Shown here: piece after piece, positions 38,901-54,900 of the stretch
Layout of the letters: each line of letters opens with the position of its first letter
Numbering within the stretch: position 1 is the first letter of the stretch
NCBI GenBank assembly: GCA_964016885.1
Contig: OZ024741.1
Span: 244,094,001-244,158,000, forward strand
Length of the DNA stretch: 64,000 nt
Direction: 5' to 3'
Source: Eledone cirrhosa
Taxonomy: Eukaryota
The notes under the pieces: generated by a model
Databases searched by the model: none
The model's input: the letters and a program-made list of their open reading frames with translations, nothing else
Told to the model about the DNA's origin: nothing
Program-made: the position numbers and the translations under genes

Positions 38901-41900
38901 CGCCGGCAAATCCGCATTTTTGTGATTCGTTTCTTCGAAGCACACCATTCGCCGCCGGACTTCAGCTTCCTCATTTAGCATGGGCGGTTTTTCTTGAAAA
39001 TCACACCACACACAGCAAATGTGTGTCTGCACATGTACCAGTACGTACAGATCGATCCGACCACGGGCGGCCGGCCCACATTCGAAAAGGTTACTCCGCC
39101 TGCAAATCGTCATTTTCGGATTCGTTTTCTTCGAAGCACACCATTCGCCGGCGGACTTCAGCTGCCTCATTTAACATGGGCAGTTTTTCTTGAAGATCAC
39201 ACCACACACCGCCAATGAGTGTTCGCATATGTACCAGTAATTACAGATCGATCCGACCACGGGCGGCCGGCCCACGATCGAGAAAAAGGTAACTCCGCCG
39301 GCAAATAGTCATTTTTGTGATTCGTTTTCTTCGAAGCACACCATTCGCCGCCGGACTGCAGCTTCCTCATTTAGCATGGGCAGCTTTTCTTGAAAATCAC
39401 ACCACACACAGCAAATGTGTGTCTGCACTGGTACCAGTAATTACAGATCGATCCGACCACGGGCGGCCGGCCCACGATCGAAAAGGTAACTCCGCCGGCA
39501 AATCCGCATTTTTGTGATTCGTTTCTTCGAAGCACACCATTCGCCGCCGGACTTCAGCTTCCTCATTTAGCATGGGCAGCTTTTCTTGAAAATCACACCA
39601 CACACAGCCAATGAGTGTCTGCATATCTACCAGTAATTACAGATCGATCCGACCACGGGCGGCCGGCCCACGATCGAAAATGTAACTCCGCCGGCAAATT
39701 CGCATTTTTGTCATTCGTTTCTTCGAAGCACACCATTCGCTGGTGGACATCAGCTTCCTTATTTAGCATGGGCAGCTTTTCTTGAAAATCACACCACACA
39801 CAGCAAATGTGTGTCTGCACATGTAACAGTACGTACAGATCGATCCGACCACGGGCGGCCGGACCACATTCGAAAAGGTTACTCCGCCTGCAAATCGTCA
39901 TTTTCGGATTCGTTTTCTTCGAAACACACCATTCGCCGGCGGACTTCAGCTGCCTCATTTAACATGGGCAGTTTTTCTTGAAGATCACACCACACACAGC
40001 CAATGAGTGTTTGCACATGTACCAGTAATTACAGATCGATCCGACCACGGGCGGCCGGCCCACGATCGAAAAAAAGGTAACTCCGCCTGCAAATAGTCAT
40101 TTTTGTGATTCGTTTTCTTCGAAGCACACCATTCGCCGCCGGACTTCAGCTGCCTCATTTAACATGGGCAGTTTTTCTTGAAGATCACACCACACACAGC
40201 AAATGTGTGTCTGCACATGTACCAGTAATTACAGATCGATCCGACAACGGGCGGCCGGCCCACGATCGAAAAGGTAACTCCGCCGGCAAATTCGCATTTT
40301 TGTGATTCGTTTCTTCGAAGCACACCATTCGCTGGTGGACATCAGCTTCCTTATTTAGCATGGGCAGCTTTTCTTGAAGATCACACCACACACCGCCAAT
40401 GAGTGTCTGCACATGTACCAGTAATTACAGATCGATCCGCCCACGGGCGGCCGGCCCACGATCGAGAAAATGTAACTCCGCCGGCAAATAGTCATTTTTG
40501 AGATTCGTTTTCTTCGAAGCACACCATTCGCCGCCGGACTTCAGCTGCCTCATTTAGCATGGGCAGCTTTTCTTGAAAATCACACCACACACAGAAAATG
40601 TGTGTCTGCACAGGTACCAGTAATTGCAGATCGATCCGACCACGGGCGGCCGGCCCACGATCGAAAAGGTAACTCCGCCGGCAAATCCGCATTTTTGTGA
40701 TTCGTTTCTTCGAAGCACACCATTCGCCGCCGGACTTCAGCTTCCTCATTTAGCATGGGCAGCTTTTCTTGAAAATCACACCACACACAGCAAATCTGTG
40801 TCTGCACATTTACCAGTAATTACAGATCGATCCGACCACGGGCGGCCGGCCCACGATCGAAAAGGTAACTCCGCCGGCAAATCCGCATTTTTGTGATTCG
40901 TTTCTTCGAAGCACACCATTCGCCGCCGGACTTCAGCTTCCTCATTTAGCATGGGCAGCTTTTCTTGAAAATCACACCACACACAGCCAATGAGTGTCTG
41001 CACATCTACCAGTAATTACATATCGATCCGACCACGGGCGGCCGGCCCACAATCAAAAAGGTAACTCCGCCGGCAAATTCGCATTTTTGTGATTCGTTTC
41101 TTCGAAGCACACCATTCGCTGGTGGACTTCAGCTTCCTCATTTAGCATGGGCAGCTTTTCTTGAAAATCACACCACACACAGCAAATGTGTGTCTGCACA
41201 TTTACCAGTAATTACAGATCGATCCGACCAAGGGCGGCCGGCGCACGATCGAAAAGGTAACTCCGCCGGCAAATCCGCATTTTTGTGATTCGTTTCTTCG
41301 AAGCACACCATTCGCCGCCGGACTTCAGCTTCCTAATTTAGCATGGGCGGTTTTTCTTGAAAATCACACCACACACAGAAAATGTGTGTCTGCACATGTA
41401 ACAGTACGTACAGATCGATCCGACCACGGGCGGCCGGCCCACATTCGAAAAGGTTACTCCGCCTGCAAATCGTCATTTTCGGATTCGTTTTCTTCGAAGC
41501 ACACCATTCGCCGGCGGACTTCAGCTGCCTCATTTAACATGGGCAGTTTTTCTTGAAGATCACACCACACACAGCCAATGAGTGTTTGCACATGTACCAG
41601 TAATTACAGATCGATCCGACCGCGGGCGGCCGGCCCACGATCGAAAAAAAAGTAACTCCGCCGGCAAATAGTCATTTTTGTGATTCGTTTTCTTCGAAGC
41701 ACACCATTCGCCGCCGGACTTCAGCTGCCTCATTTAACATGGGCAGTTTTTCTTGAAGATCACACCACACACAGCAAATGTGTGTCTGCACAGATACCAG
41801 TAATTACAGATCGATCCGACCACGGGCGGCCGGGCCACGATCGAAAAGGTAACTCCGCCGGCAAATCCGCATTTTTGTGATTCGTTTCTTCGAAGCACAC

Positions 41901-43900
41901 CATTCGCCGCCGGACTTCAGCTTCCTCATTTAGCATGGGCAGCTTTTCTTGAAAATCACACCACACACAGCAAATGTGTGTCTGCACATTTACCAGTAAT
42001 TACAGATCGATCCGACCACGGGCGGCCGGCCCACGATCGAAAAGGTAACTCCGCCGGCAAATTCGCATTTTTGTGATTCGTTTCTTCGAAGCACACCATT
42101 CGCTGGTGGACTTCAGCTTCCTCATTTAACATGGGCAGCTTTTCTTGAAAATCACACCACACTCAGCAAATCTGTGTCTGCACATGTACCAGTAATTACA
42201 GATCGATCCGCCCACGGGCGGCCGGCCCACGATCGAAAATGTAACTCCGCCGGCAAATTCGCATTTTTGTCATTCGTTTCTTCGAAGCACACCATTCGCT
42301 GGTGGACATCAGCTTCCTTATTTAGCATGGGCAGCTTTTCTTGAAGATCACACCACACACCGCCAATGAGTGTCTGCACATGTACCAGTAATTACAGATC
42401 GATCCGACCACGGGCGGCCGGCCCACGATCGAGAAAAAGGTAACTCCGCCGGCAAATAGTCATTTTTGTGATTCGTTTTCTTCGAAGCACACCATTCGCC
42501 GCCGGACTTCAGCTTCCTCATTTAGCATGGGCAGCTTTTCTTGAAAATCACACCACACACAGAAAATGTGTGTCTGCACTGGTACCAGTAATTACAGATC
42601 GATCCGACTACGGGCGGCCGGCCCACGATCGAAAAGGTAACTCCGCCGGCAAATCCGCATTTTTGTGATTCGTTTCTTCGAAGCACACCATTCGCCGCCG
42701 GACTTCAGCTTCCTCATTTAGCATGGGCAGCTTTTCTTGAAAATCACACCACACACAGCAAATGTCTGTCTGCACATTTACCAGTAATTACAGATCGATT
42801 CGACCACGGGCGGCCGGCCCACGATCGAAAAGGTAACTCCGCCGGCAAATTCGCATTTTTGTGATTCGTTTCTTCGAAGCACACCATTCGCTGGTGGACT
42901 TCAGCTTCCTCATTTAACATGGGCAGCTTTTCTTGAAAATCACACCACACTCAGCAAATGTGTGTCTGCACATGTACCAGTAATTACAGATCGATCCGCC
43001 CACGGGCGGCCGGCCCACGATCGAAAATGTAACTCCGCCGGCAAATTCGCATTTTTGTCATTCGTTTCTTCGAAGCACACCATTCGCTGGTGGACATCAG
43101 CTTCCTTATTTAGCATGGGCAGCTTTTCTTGAAAATCACACCACACACAGCAAATGTGTGTCTGCACATTTACCAGTAATTACAGATCGATCCGACCACG
43201 GGCGGCCGGCCCACGATCGAAAAGGTAATTCCGCCGGCAAATCCGCATTTTTGTGATTCGTTTCTTCGAAGCACACCATTCGCCGCCGGACTTCAGCTTC
43301 CTCATTTAGCATGGGCGGTTTTTCTTGAAAATCATACCACACACAGCAAATGTGTGTCTGCACATTTACCAGTAATTACAGATCGATCCGACCACGGGCG
43401 GCCGGCCCACATTCGAAAAGGTTACTCCGCCTGCAAATCGTCATTTTCGGATTCGTTTTCTTCGAAGCACACCATTCGCCGGCGGACTTCAGCTGCCTCA
43501 TTTAACATGGGCAGTTTTTCTTGAAGATCACACCACACACCGCCAATGAGTGTTCGCATATGTACCAGTAATTACAGATCGATCCGACCACGGGCGGCCG
43601 GCCCACGATCGAGAAAAAGGTAACTCCGCCGGCAAATAGTCATTTTTGTGATTCGTTTTCTTCGAAGCACACCATTCGCCGCCGGACTGCAGCTTCCTCA
43701 TTTAGCATGGGCAGCTTTTCTTGAAAATCACACCACACACAGCAAATGTGTGTCTGCACTGGTACCAGTAATTACAGATCGATCCGACCACGGGCGGCCG
43801 GCCCACGATCGAAAAGGTAACTCCGCCGGCAAATCCGCATTTTTGTGATTCGTTTCTTCGAAGCACACCATTCGCCGCCGGACTTCAGCTTCCTCATTTA
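32700..43900 (+). repeat. Three related copies of a ~14-20 monomer block (offsets 3740 bp = 19 monomers and 4331 bp = 22 monomers)
   Basis: ORF triplets 33262/37002/41333, 34397/38137/42468 and 35577/39317/43648. Shared GACCAAGGG, GATTCGACC, GTTCGCATATG and GACTGCAG variants. Confidence 0.9.
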
Positions 43901-46483
43901 GCATGGGCGGTTTTTCTTGAAAATCACACCACACACAGCAAATGTGTGTCTGCACAGGGACCAGTACGTACAGATCGATCCGACCACGGGCGGCCGGCCC
44001 ACATTCGAAAAGGTTACTACGCCTGCAAATCGTCATTTTCGGATTCGTTTTCTTCGAAGCACACCATTCGCCGGCGGACTTCAGCTGCCTCATTTAACAT
44101 GGGCAGTTTTTCTTGAAGATCACACCACACACCGCCAATGAGTGTTTGCACATGTACCAGTAATTACAGATCGATCCGACCACGGGCGGCCGGCCCACGA
44201 TCGAGAAAAAGGTAACTCCGCCGGCAAATAGTCATTTTTGTGATTCGTTTTCTTCGAAGCACACCATTAGCCGCCGGACTTCAGCTTCCTCATTTAGCAT
44301 GGGCAGCTTTTCTTGAAAATCACACCACACACAGAAAATGTGTGTCTGCACAGGTACCAGTAATTACAGATCGATCCGACCACGGGCGGCCGGCCCACGA
44401 TCGAAAAGGTAACTCCGCCGGCAAATTCGCATTTTTGTGATTCGTTTCTTCGAAGCACACCATTCGCCGCCGGACTTCAGCTTCCTCATTTAGCATGGGC
44501 AGCTTTTCTTGAAAATCACACCACACACAGCAAATCTGTGTCTGCACATTTACCAGTAATTACAGATCGATCCGACCACGGGCGGCCGGCCCACGATCGA
44601 AAAGGTAACTCCGCCGGCAAATCCGCATTTTTGTGATTCGTTTCTTCGAAGCACACCATTCGCTGGTGGACTTCAGCTTCCTCATTTAACATGGGCAGCT
44701 TTTCTTGAAAATCACACCACACTCAGCAAATCTGTGTCTGCACATGTACCAGTAATTACAGATCGATCCGCCCACGGGCGGCCGGCCCACGATCGGAAAT
44801 GTAACTCCGCCGGCAAATTCGCATTTTTGTCATTCGTTTCTTCGAAGCACACCATTCGCTGGTGGACATCAGCTTCCTTATTTAGCATGGGCAGCTTTTC
44901 TTGAAAATCAAACCACACACAGCAAATGTGTGTCTGCACATGTACCAGTAATTACAGATCGATCCAACCACGGGCGGCCGGCCCACGATCGAGAAAAAGG
45001 TAACTCCGCCGGCAAATAGTCATTTTTGTGATTCGTTTTCTTCGAAGCACACCATTAGCCGCCGGACTTCAGCTTCCTCATTTAGCATGGGCAGCTTTTC
45101 TTGAAAATCACACCACACACAGAAAATGTGTGTCTGCACAGGTACCAGTAATTACAGATCGATCCGACCACGGGCGGCCGGCCCACGATCGAAAAGGTAA
45201 CTCCGCCGGCAAATCCGCATTTTTGTGATTCGTTTCTTCGAAGCACACCATTCGCCGCCGGACTTCAGCTTCCTCATTTAGCATGGGCAGCTTTTCTTGA
45301 AAATCACACTACACACATCAAATCTGTGTCTGCACATTTACCAGTAATTACAGATCGATCCGACCACGGGCGGCCGGCCCACGATCGAAAAGGTAACTCC
45401 GCCGGCAAATCCGCATTTTTGTGATTCGTTTCTTCGAAGCACACCATTCGCCGCCGGACTTCAGCTTCCTCATTTAGCATGGGCAGCTTTTCTTGAAAAT
45501 CACACCACACACAGGAAATGTGTGTCTGCACAGGTACCAGTAATTACAGATCGATCCGACCACGGGCGGCCGGGCCACGATCGAAAAGGTAACTCCGCCG
45601 GCAAATCCGCATTTTTGTGATTCGTTTCTTCGAAGCACACCATTCGCCGCCGGACTTCAGCTTCCCCATTTAGCATGGGCAGCTTTTCTTGAAAATCACA
45701 CCACACACAGCAAATCTGTGTCTGCACATTTACCAGTAATTACAGATCGATCCGACCACGGGCGGCCGGCCCACGATCGAAAAGGTAACTCCGCCGGCAA
45801 ATTCGCATTTTTGTGATTCGTTTCTTCGAAGCACACCATTCGCTGGTGGACTTCAGCTTCCTCATTTAACATGGGCAGCTTTTCTTGAAAATCACACCAC
45901 ACTCAGCAAATGTGTGTCTGCACATGTACCAGTAATTACAGATCGATCCGACCACGGGCGGCCGGCCCACGATCGAAAAGGTAACTCCGCCGGCAAATAC
46001 GCATTTTTGTGATTCATTTCTTCGAAGCACACCATTCGCCGCCGGACTTCAGCTTCCTCATTTAGCATGGGCGGTTTTTCTTGAAAATCACACCACACAC
46101 AGCAAATGTGTGTCTGCACATGTGCCAGTACGTACAGATCGATCCGACCACGGGCGGCCGGCCCACATTCGAAAAGGTTACTCCGCCTGCAAATCGTCAT
46201 TTTCGGATTCGTTTTCTTCGAAGCACACCATTCGCCGGCGGACTTCAGCTGCCTCATTTAACATGGGCAGTTTTTCTTGAAGATCACACCACACACCGCC
46301 AATGAGTGTTTGCACATGTACCAGTAATTACAGATCGATCCGACCAGGGGCGGCCGGCCCACGATCGAGAAAAAGGTAACTCCGCCGGCAAATAGTCATT
46401 TTTGTGATTCGTTTTCTTCGAAGCACACCATTCGCCGCCGGACTTCAGCTTCCTCATTTAGCATGGGCAGCTTTTCTTGAAAA

Positions 46484-49400
46484 TCACACCACACACAGAA
46501 AATGTGTGTCTGCACAGGTACCAGTAATTACAGATCGATCCGACCACGGGCGGCCGGCCCACGATCGAAAAGGTAACTCCGCCGGCAAATCCGCATTTTT
46601 GTGATTCGTTTCTTCGAAGCACACCATTCGCCGCCGGACTTCAGCTTCCTCATTTAGCATGGGCAGCTTTTCTTGAAAATCACACGACACACAGCAAATC
46701 TGTGTATGCACATTTACCAGTAATTACAGATCGATCCGACCACGGGCGGCCGGCCCACGATCGAAAAGGTAACTCCGCCGGCAAATCCGCATTTTTGTGA
46801 TTCGTTTCTTCGAAGCACACCATTCGCCGCCGGACTTCAGCTTCCTCATTTAGCATGGGCAGCTTTTCTTGAAAATCACACCACACACAGCCAATGAGTG
46901 TCTGCACATCTACCAGTAATTACAGATCGATCCGACCACGGGCGGCCGGCCCACAATCAAAAAGGTAACTCCGCCGGCAAATTCGCATTTTTGTGATTCG
47001 TTTCTTCGAAGCACACCATTCGTTGGTGGACTTCAGCTTCCTCATTTAGCATGGGCAGCTTTTCTTGAAAATCACACCACACACAGCAAATGTGTGTCTG
47101 CACATTTACCAGTAATTACAGATCGATCCGACCACGGGCGGCCGGCTCACGATCGAAAAGGTAACTCCGCCGGCAAATTCGCATTTTTGTGATTCGTTTC
47201 TTCGAAGCACACCATTCGCTGGTGGACTTCAGCTTCCTCATTTAACATGGGCAGCTTTTCTTGAAAATCACACCACACACAGAAAATGTGTGTCTGCACA
47301 GGTACCAGTAATTACAGATCGATCCGACCACGGGCGGCCGGCCCACGATCGAAAAGGTAACTCCGCCGGCAAATCCGCATTTTTGTGATTCGTTTCTTCG
47401 AAGCACACCATTCGCCGCCGGACTTCAGCTTCCTCATTTAGCATGGGCAGCTTTTCTTGAAAATCACACCACACACAGCAAATCTGTGTCTGCACATTTA
47501 CCAGTAATTACAGATCGATCCGACCACGGGCGGCCGGCCCACGATCGAAAAGGTAACTCCGCCGGCAAATCCGCATTTTTGTGATTCGTTTCTTCGAAGC
47601 ACACCATTCGCCGCCGGACTTCAGCTTCCTCATTTAGCATGGGCAGCTTTTCTTAAAAATCACACCACACTCAGCAAATGTGTGTCTGCACATGTACCAG
47701 TACGTACAGATCGATCCGACCACGGGCGGCCGGCCCACATTCGAAAAGGTTACTCCGCCTGCAAATCGTCATTTTCGGATTCGTTTTCTTCGAAGCACAC
47801 CATTCGCCGGCGGACTTCAGCTGCCTCATTTAACATGGGCAGTTTTTCTTGAAGATCACACCACACACCGCCAATGAGTGTTTGCACATGTACCAGTAAT
47901 TACAGATCGATCCGACCACGGGCGGCCGGCCCACGATCGAGAAAAAGGTAACTCCGCCGGCAAATAGTCATTTTTGTGATTCGTTTTCTTCGAAGCACAC
48001 CATTAGCCGCCGGACTTCAGCTTCCTCATTTAGCATGGGCAGCTTTTCTTGAAAATCACACCACACACAGAAAATGTGTGTCTGCACAGGTACCAGTAAT
48101 TACAGATCGATCCGACCACGGGCGGCCGGCCCACGATCGAAAAGGTAACTCCGCCGGCAAATCCGCATTTTTGTGATTCGTTTCTTCGAAGCACACCATT
48201 CGCCGCCGGACTTCAGCTTCCTCATTTAGCATGGGCAGCTTTTCTTGAAAATCACACCACACACAGCAAATCTGTGTCTGCACATTTACCAGTAATTACA
48301 GATCGATCCGACCACGGGCGGCCGGCCCACGATCGAAAAGGTAACTCCGCCGGCAAATCCGCATTTTTGTGATTCGTTTCTTCGAAGCACACCATTCGCT
48401 GGTGGACTTCAGCTTCCTCCTTTAACATGGGCAGCTTTTCTTGAAAATCACACCACACTCAGCAATTGTGTGTCTGCACATGTACCAGTAATTACAGATC
48501 GATCCGCCCACGGGCGGCCGACCCACGATCGAAAATGTAACTCCGCCGGCAAATTCGCATTTTTGTCATTCGTTTCTTCGAAGCACACCATTCGCTGGTG
48601 GACATCAGCTTCCTTATTTAGCATGGGCAGCTTTTCTTGAAAATCAAACCACACACAGCAAATGTGTGTCTGCACATGTACCAGTAATTACAGATCGATC
48701 CAACCACGGGCGGCCGGCCCACGATCGAGAAAAAGGTAACTCCGCCGGCAAATAGTCATTTTTGTGATTCGTTTTCTTCGAAGCACACCATTAGCCGCCG
48801 GACTTCAGCTTCCTCATTTAGCATGGGCAGCTTTTCTTGAAAATCACACCACACACAGAAAATGTGTGTCTGCACAGGTACCAGTAATTACAGATCGATC
48901 CGACCACGGGCGGCCGGCCCACGATCGAAAAGGTAACTCCGCCGGCAAATCCGCATTTTTGTGATTCGTTTCTTCGAAGCACACCATTCGCCGCCGGACT
49001 TCAGCTTCCTCATTTAGCATGGGCAGCTTTTCTTGAAAATCACACCACACACAGCAAATCTGTGTCTGCACATTTACCAGTAATTACAGATCGATCCGAC
49101 CACGGGCGGCCGGCCCACGATCGAAAAGGTAACTCCGCCGGCAAATTCGCATTTTTGTGATTCGTTTCTTCGAAGCACACCATTCGCTGGTGGACATCAG
49201 CTTCCTTATTTAGCATGGGCAGCTTTTCTTGAAAATCAAACCACACACAGCAAATGTGTGTCTGCACATGTACCAGTAATTACAGATCGATCCAACCACG
49301 GGCGGCCGGCCCACGATCGAGAAAAAGGTAACTCCGCCGGCAAATAGTCATTTTTGTGATTCGTTTTCTTCGAAGCACACCATTAGCCGCCGGACTTCAG

Positions 49401-51545
49401 CTTCCTCATTTAGCATGGGCAGCTTTTCTTGAAAATCACACCACACACAGAAAATGTGTGTCTGCACAGGTCCCAGTAATTACAGATCGATCCGACCACG
49501 GGCGGCCGGCCCACGATCGAAAAGGTAACTCCGCCGGCAAATCCGCATTTTTGTGATTCGTTTCTTCGAAGCACACCATTCGCCGCCGGACTTCAGCTTC
49601 CTCATTTAGCATGGGCAGCTTTTCTTGAAAATCACACCACACACAGCAAATCTGTGTCTGCACATTTACCAGTAATTACAGATCGATCCGACCACGGGCG
49701 GCCGGCCCACGATCGAAAAGGTAACTCCGCCGGCAAATCCGCATTTTTGTGATTCGTTTCTTCGAAGCACACCATTCGCCGCCGGACTTCAGCTTCCTCA
49801 TTTAGCATGGGCAGCTTTTCTTGAAAATCACACCACACACAGCCAATGAGGGTCTGCACATCTACCAGTAATTACAGATCGATCCGACCACGGGCGGCCG
49901 GCCCACAATCAAAAAGGTAACTCCGCCGGCAAATTCGCATTTTTGTGATTCGTTTCTTCGAAGCACACCATTCGTTGGTGGACTTCAGCTTCCTCATTTA
50001 GCATGGGCAGCTTTTCTTGAAAATCACACCACACACAGCAAATGTGTGTCTGCACATTTACCAGTAATTACAGATCGATCCGACCACGGGCGGCCGGCTC
50101 ACGATCGAAAAGGTAACTCCGCCGGCAAATTCGCATTTTTGTGATTCGTTTCTTCGAAGCACACCATTCGCTGGTGGACTTCAGCTTCCTCATTTAACAT
50201 GGGCAGCTTTTCTTGAAAATCACACCACACACAGAAAATGTGTGTCTGCACAGGTACCAGTAATCACAGATCGATCCGACCACGGGCGGCCGGCCCACGA
50301 TCGAAAAGGTAACTCCGCCGGCAAATCCGCATTTTTGTGATTCGTTTCTTCGAAGCACACCATTCGCCGCCGGACTTCAGCTTCCTCATTTAGCATGGGC
50401 AGCTTTTCTTGAAAATCACACCACACACAGCAAATCTGTGTCTGCACATTTACCAGTAATTACAGATCGATCCGACCACGGGCGGCCGGCCCACGATCGA
50501 AAAGGTAACTCCGCCGGCAAATCCGCATTTTTGTGATTCGTTTCTTCGAAGCACACCATTCGCCGCCGGACTTCAGCTTCCTCATTTAGCATGGGCAGCT
50601 TTTCTTAAAAATCACACCACACTCAGCAAATGTGTGTCTGCACATGTACCAGTACGTACAGATCGATCCGACCACGGGCGGCCGGCCCACATTCGAAAAG
50701 GTTACTCCGCCTGCAAATCGTCATTTTCGGATTCGTTTTCTTCGAAGCACACCATTCGCCGGCGGACTTCAGCTGCCTCATTTAACATGGGCAGTTTTTC
50801 TTGAAGATCACACCACACACCGCCAATGAGTGTTTGCACATGTACCAGTAATTACAGATCGATCCGACCACGGGCGGCCGGCCCACGATCGAGAAAAAGG
50901 TAACTCCGCCGGCAAATAGTCATTTTTGTGATTCGTTTTCTTCGAAGCACACCATTAGCCGCCGGACTTCAGCTTCCTCATTTAGCATGGGCAGCTTTTC
51001 TTGAAAATCACACCACACACAGAAAATGTGTGTCTGCACAGGTACCAGTAATTACAGATCGATCCGACCACGGGCGGCCGGCCCACGATCGAAAAGGTAA
51101 CTCCGCCGGCAAATCCGCATTTTTGTGATTCGTTTCTTCGAAGCACACCATTCGCCGCCGGACTTCAGCTTCCTCATTTAGCATGGGCAGCTTTTCTTGA
51201 AAATCACACCACACACAGCAAATCTGTGTCTGCACATTTACCAGTAATTACAGATCGATCCGACCACGGGCGGCCGGCCCACGATCGAAAAGGTAACTCC
51301 GCCGGCAAATCCGCATTTTTGTGATTCGTTTCTTCGAAGCACACCATTCGCTGGTGGACTTCAGCTTCCTCATTTAACATGGGCAGCTTTTCTTGAAAAT
51401 CACACCACAATCAGCAATTGTGTGTCTGCACATGTACCAGTAATTACAGATCGATCCGCCCACGGGCGGCCGACCCACGATCGAAAATGTAACTCCGCCG
51501 GCAAATTCGCATTTTTGTCATTCGTTTCTTCGAAGCACACCATTC
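46484..51545 (+). repeat. ~11-monomer block duplicated at 15-monomer offset (2952 bp)
   Basis: ORF pairs 46484/49436, 47268/50220, 47680/50632 and 48448/51400. Shared GGCTCAC, CAATTGTG and GCCGACCC variants. Confidence 0.87.
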
Positions 51546-51991
51546 GCCGCCGGACTTCAGCTTCCTCATTTAGCATGGGCAGCTTTTCTTGAAAATCACA
51601 CCACACACAGCAAATCTGTGTCTGCACATTTACCAGTAATTACAGATCGATCCGACCACGGGCGGCCGGCCCACGATCGAAAAGGTAACTCCGCCGGCAA
51701 ATCCGCATTTTTGTGATTCGTTTCTTCGAAGCACACCATTCGCCGCCGGACTTCAGCTTCCTCATTTAGCATGGGCAGCTTTTCTTAAAAATCACACCAC
51801 ACTCAGCAAATGTGTGTCTGCACATGTACCAGTAATTACAGATCGATCCGACCACGGGCGGCCGGCCCACGATCGAGAAAAAGGTAACTCCGCCGGCAAA
51901 TAGTCATTTTTGTGATTCGTTTTCTTCGAAGCACACCATTAGCCGCCGGACTTCAGCTTCCTCATTTAGCATGGGCAGCTTTTCTTGAAAA

Positions 51992-54900
51992 TCACACCAC
52001 ACACAGAAAATGTGTGTCTGCACAGGTACCAGTAATTACAGATCGATCCGACCACGGGCGGCCGGCCCACGATCGAAAAGGTAACTCCGCCGGCAAATCC
52101 GCATTTTTGTGATTCGTTTCTTCGAAGCACACCATTCGCCGCCGGACTTCAGCTTCCTCATTTAGCATGGGCAGCTTTTCTTGAAAATCACACCACACAC
52201 AGCAAATCTGTGTCTGCACATTTACCAGTAATTACAGATCGATCCGACCACGGGCGGCCGGCCCACGATCGAAAAGGTAACTCCGCCGGCAAATGCGCAT
52301 TTTTGTGATTCGTTTCTTCGAAGCACACCATTCGCTGGTGGACTTCAGCTTCCTCATTTAACATGGGCAGCTTTTCTTGAAAATCACACCACACTCAGCA
52401 AATGTGTGTCTGCACATGTACCAGTAATTACAGATCGATCCGACCACGGGCGGCCGGCCCACGATCGAAAAGGTAACTCCGCCGGCAAATACGCATTTTT
52501 GTGATTCGTTTCTTCGAAGCACACCATTCGCCGCCGGACTTCAGCTTCCTCATTTAGCATGGGCGGTTTTTCTTGAAAATCACACCACACACAGCAAATG
52601 TGTGTCTGCACAGGTACCAGTACGTACAGATCGATCCGACCACGGGCGGCCGGCCCACATTCGAAAAGGTTACTCCGCCTGCAAATCGTCATTTTCGGAT
52701 TCGTTTTCTTCGAAGCACACCATTTGCCGGCGGACTTCAGCTGCCTCATTTAACATGGGCAGTTTTTCTTGAAGATCACACCACACACCGCCAATGAGTA
52801 TCTGCACATGTACCAGTAATTACAGATCGATCCGACCCCGGGCGGCCGGCCCACGATCGAAAAGGTAACTCCGCCGGCAAATCCGCATTTTTGTGATTCG
52901 TTTCTTCGAAGCACACCATTCGCCGCCGGACTTCAGCTTCCTCATTTAGCATGGGCAGCTTTTCTTGAAAATCACACCACACACAGAAAATGTGTGTCTG
53001 CACAGGTACCAGTAATTACAGATCGATCCGACCACGGGCGGCCGGCCCACGATCGAAAAGGTAACTCCGCCGGCAAATCCGCATTTTTGTGATTCGTTTC
53101 TTCGAAGCACACCATTCGCCGCCGGACTTCAGCTTCCTCATTTAGCATGGGCAGCTTTTCTTGAAAATCACACCACACACAGCCAATGAGTGTCTGCACA
53201 TCTACCAGTAATTACAGATCGATCCGACCACGGGCGGCCGGCCCACAATCAAAAAGGTAACTCCGCCGGCAAATTCGCATTTTTGTGATTCGTTTCTTCG
53301 AAGCACACCATTCGTTGGTGGACTTCAGCTTCCTCATTTAGCATGGGCAGCTTTTCTTGAAAATCACAGCACACTCAGCAAATGTGTGTCTGCACATGTA
53401 CCAGTAATTACAGATCGATCCGCCCACGGGCGGCCGGCCCACGATCGAAAATGTAACTCCGCCGGCAAATTCGCATTTTTGTGATTCGTTTCTTCGAAGC
53501 ACACCATTCGCTGGTGGACATCAGCTTCCTTATTTAGCATGGGCAGCTTTTCTTGAAAATCAAACCACACACAGCAAATGTGTGTCTGCATATGTACCAG
53601 TAATTACAGATCGATCCGACCACGGGCGGCCGGCCCACGATCGAAAAGGTAACTCCGCCGGCAAATCCGCATTTTTGTGATTCGTTTCTTCGAAGCACAC
53701 CATTCGCCGCCGGACTTCAGCTTCCTCATTTAGCATGGGCGGTTTTTCTTGAAAATCACACCACACACAGCAAATCTGTGTCTGCACATGTACCAGTACG
53801 TACAGATCGATCCGACCACGGGAGGCCGGCCCACATTCGAAAAGGTTACTCCGCCTGCAAATCGTCATTTTCGGATTCGTTTTCTTCGAAGCACACCATT
53901 CGCCGGCGGACTTCAGCTGCCTCATTTAACATGGGCAGTTTTTCTTGAAGATCACACCACACACCGCCAATGAGTGTTTGCACATGTACCAGTAATTACA
54001 GATCGATCCGACCACGGGCGGCCGGCCCACGATCGAGAAAAAGGTAACTCCGCCGGCAAATAGTCATTTTTGTGATTCGTTTTCTTCGAAGCACACCATT
54101 CGCCGCCGGACTTCAGCTTCCTCATTTAGCATGGGCAGCTTTTCTTGAAAATCACACCACACACAGAAAATGTCTGTCTGCACAGGTACTAGTAATTACA
54201 GATCGATCCGAAGACGGGCGGCCGGCCCACGATCGAAAAGGTAACTCCGCCGGCAAATCCGCATTTTTGTGATTCGTTTCTTCGAAGCACACCATTCGCC
54301 GCCGGACTTCAGCTTCCTCATTTAGCATGGGCAGCTTTTCTTGAAAATCACACCACACACAGCAAATCGGTGTCTGCACATGTACCAGTAATTACAGATC
54401 GATCCGACCACGGGCGGCCGGCCCACGATCGAAAAGGTAACTCCGCCGGCAAATCCGCATTTTTGTGATTCGTTTCTTCGAAGCACACCATTCGCCGCCG
54501 GACTTCAGCTTCCTCATTTAGCATGGGCAGCTTTTCTTAAAAATCACACCACATTCAGCAAATGTGTGTCTGCACATGTACCAGTACGTACAGATCGATC
54601 CGACCACGGGCGGCCGGCCCACGATCGAAAAGGTAACTCCGCCGGCAAATCCGCATTTTTGTGATTCGTTTCTTCGAAGCACACCATTCGCCGCCGGACT
54701 TCAGCTTCCTCATTTAGCATGGGCAGCCTTTCTTGAAAATCACACCACACACAGCAAATGTGTGTCTGCACATTTACCAGTAATTACAGATCGATCCGAC
54801 CACGGGCGGCCGGCCCACGATCGAAAAGGTAACTCCGCCGGCAAATTCGCATTTTTGTGATTCGTTTCTTCGAAGCACACCATTCGCTGGTGGACTTCAG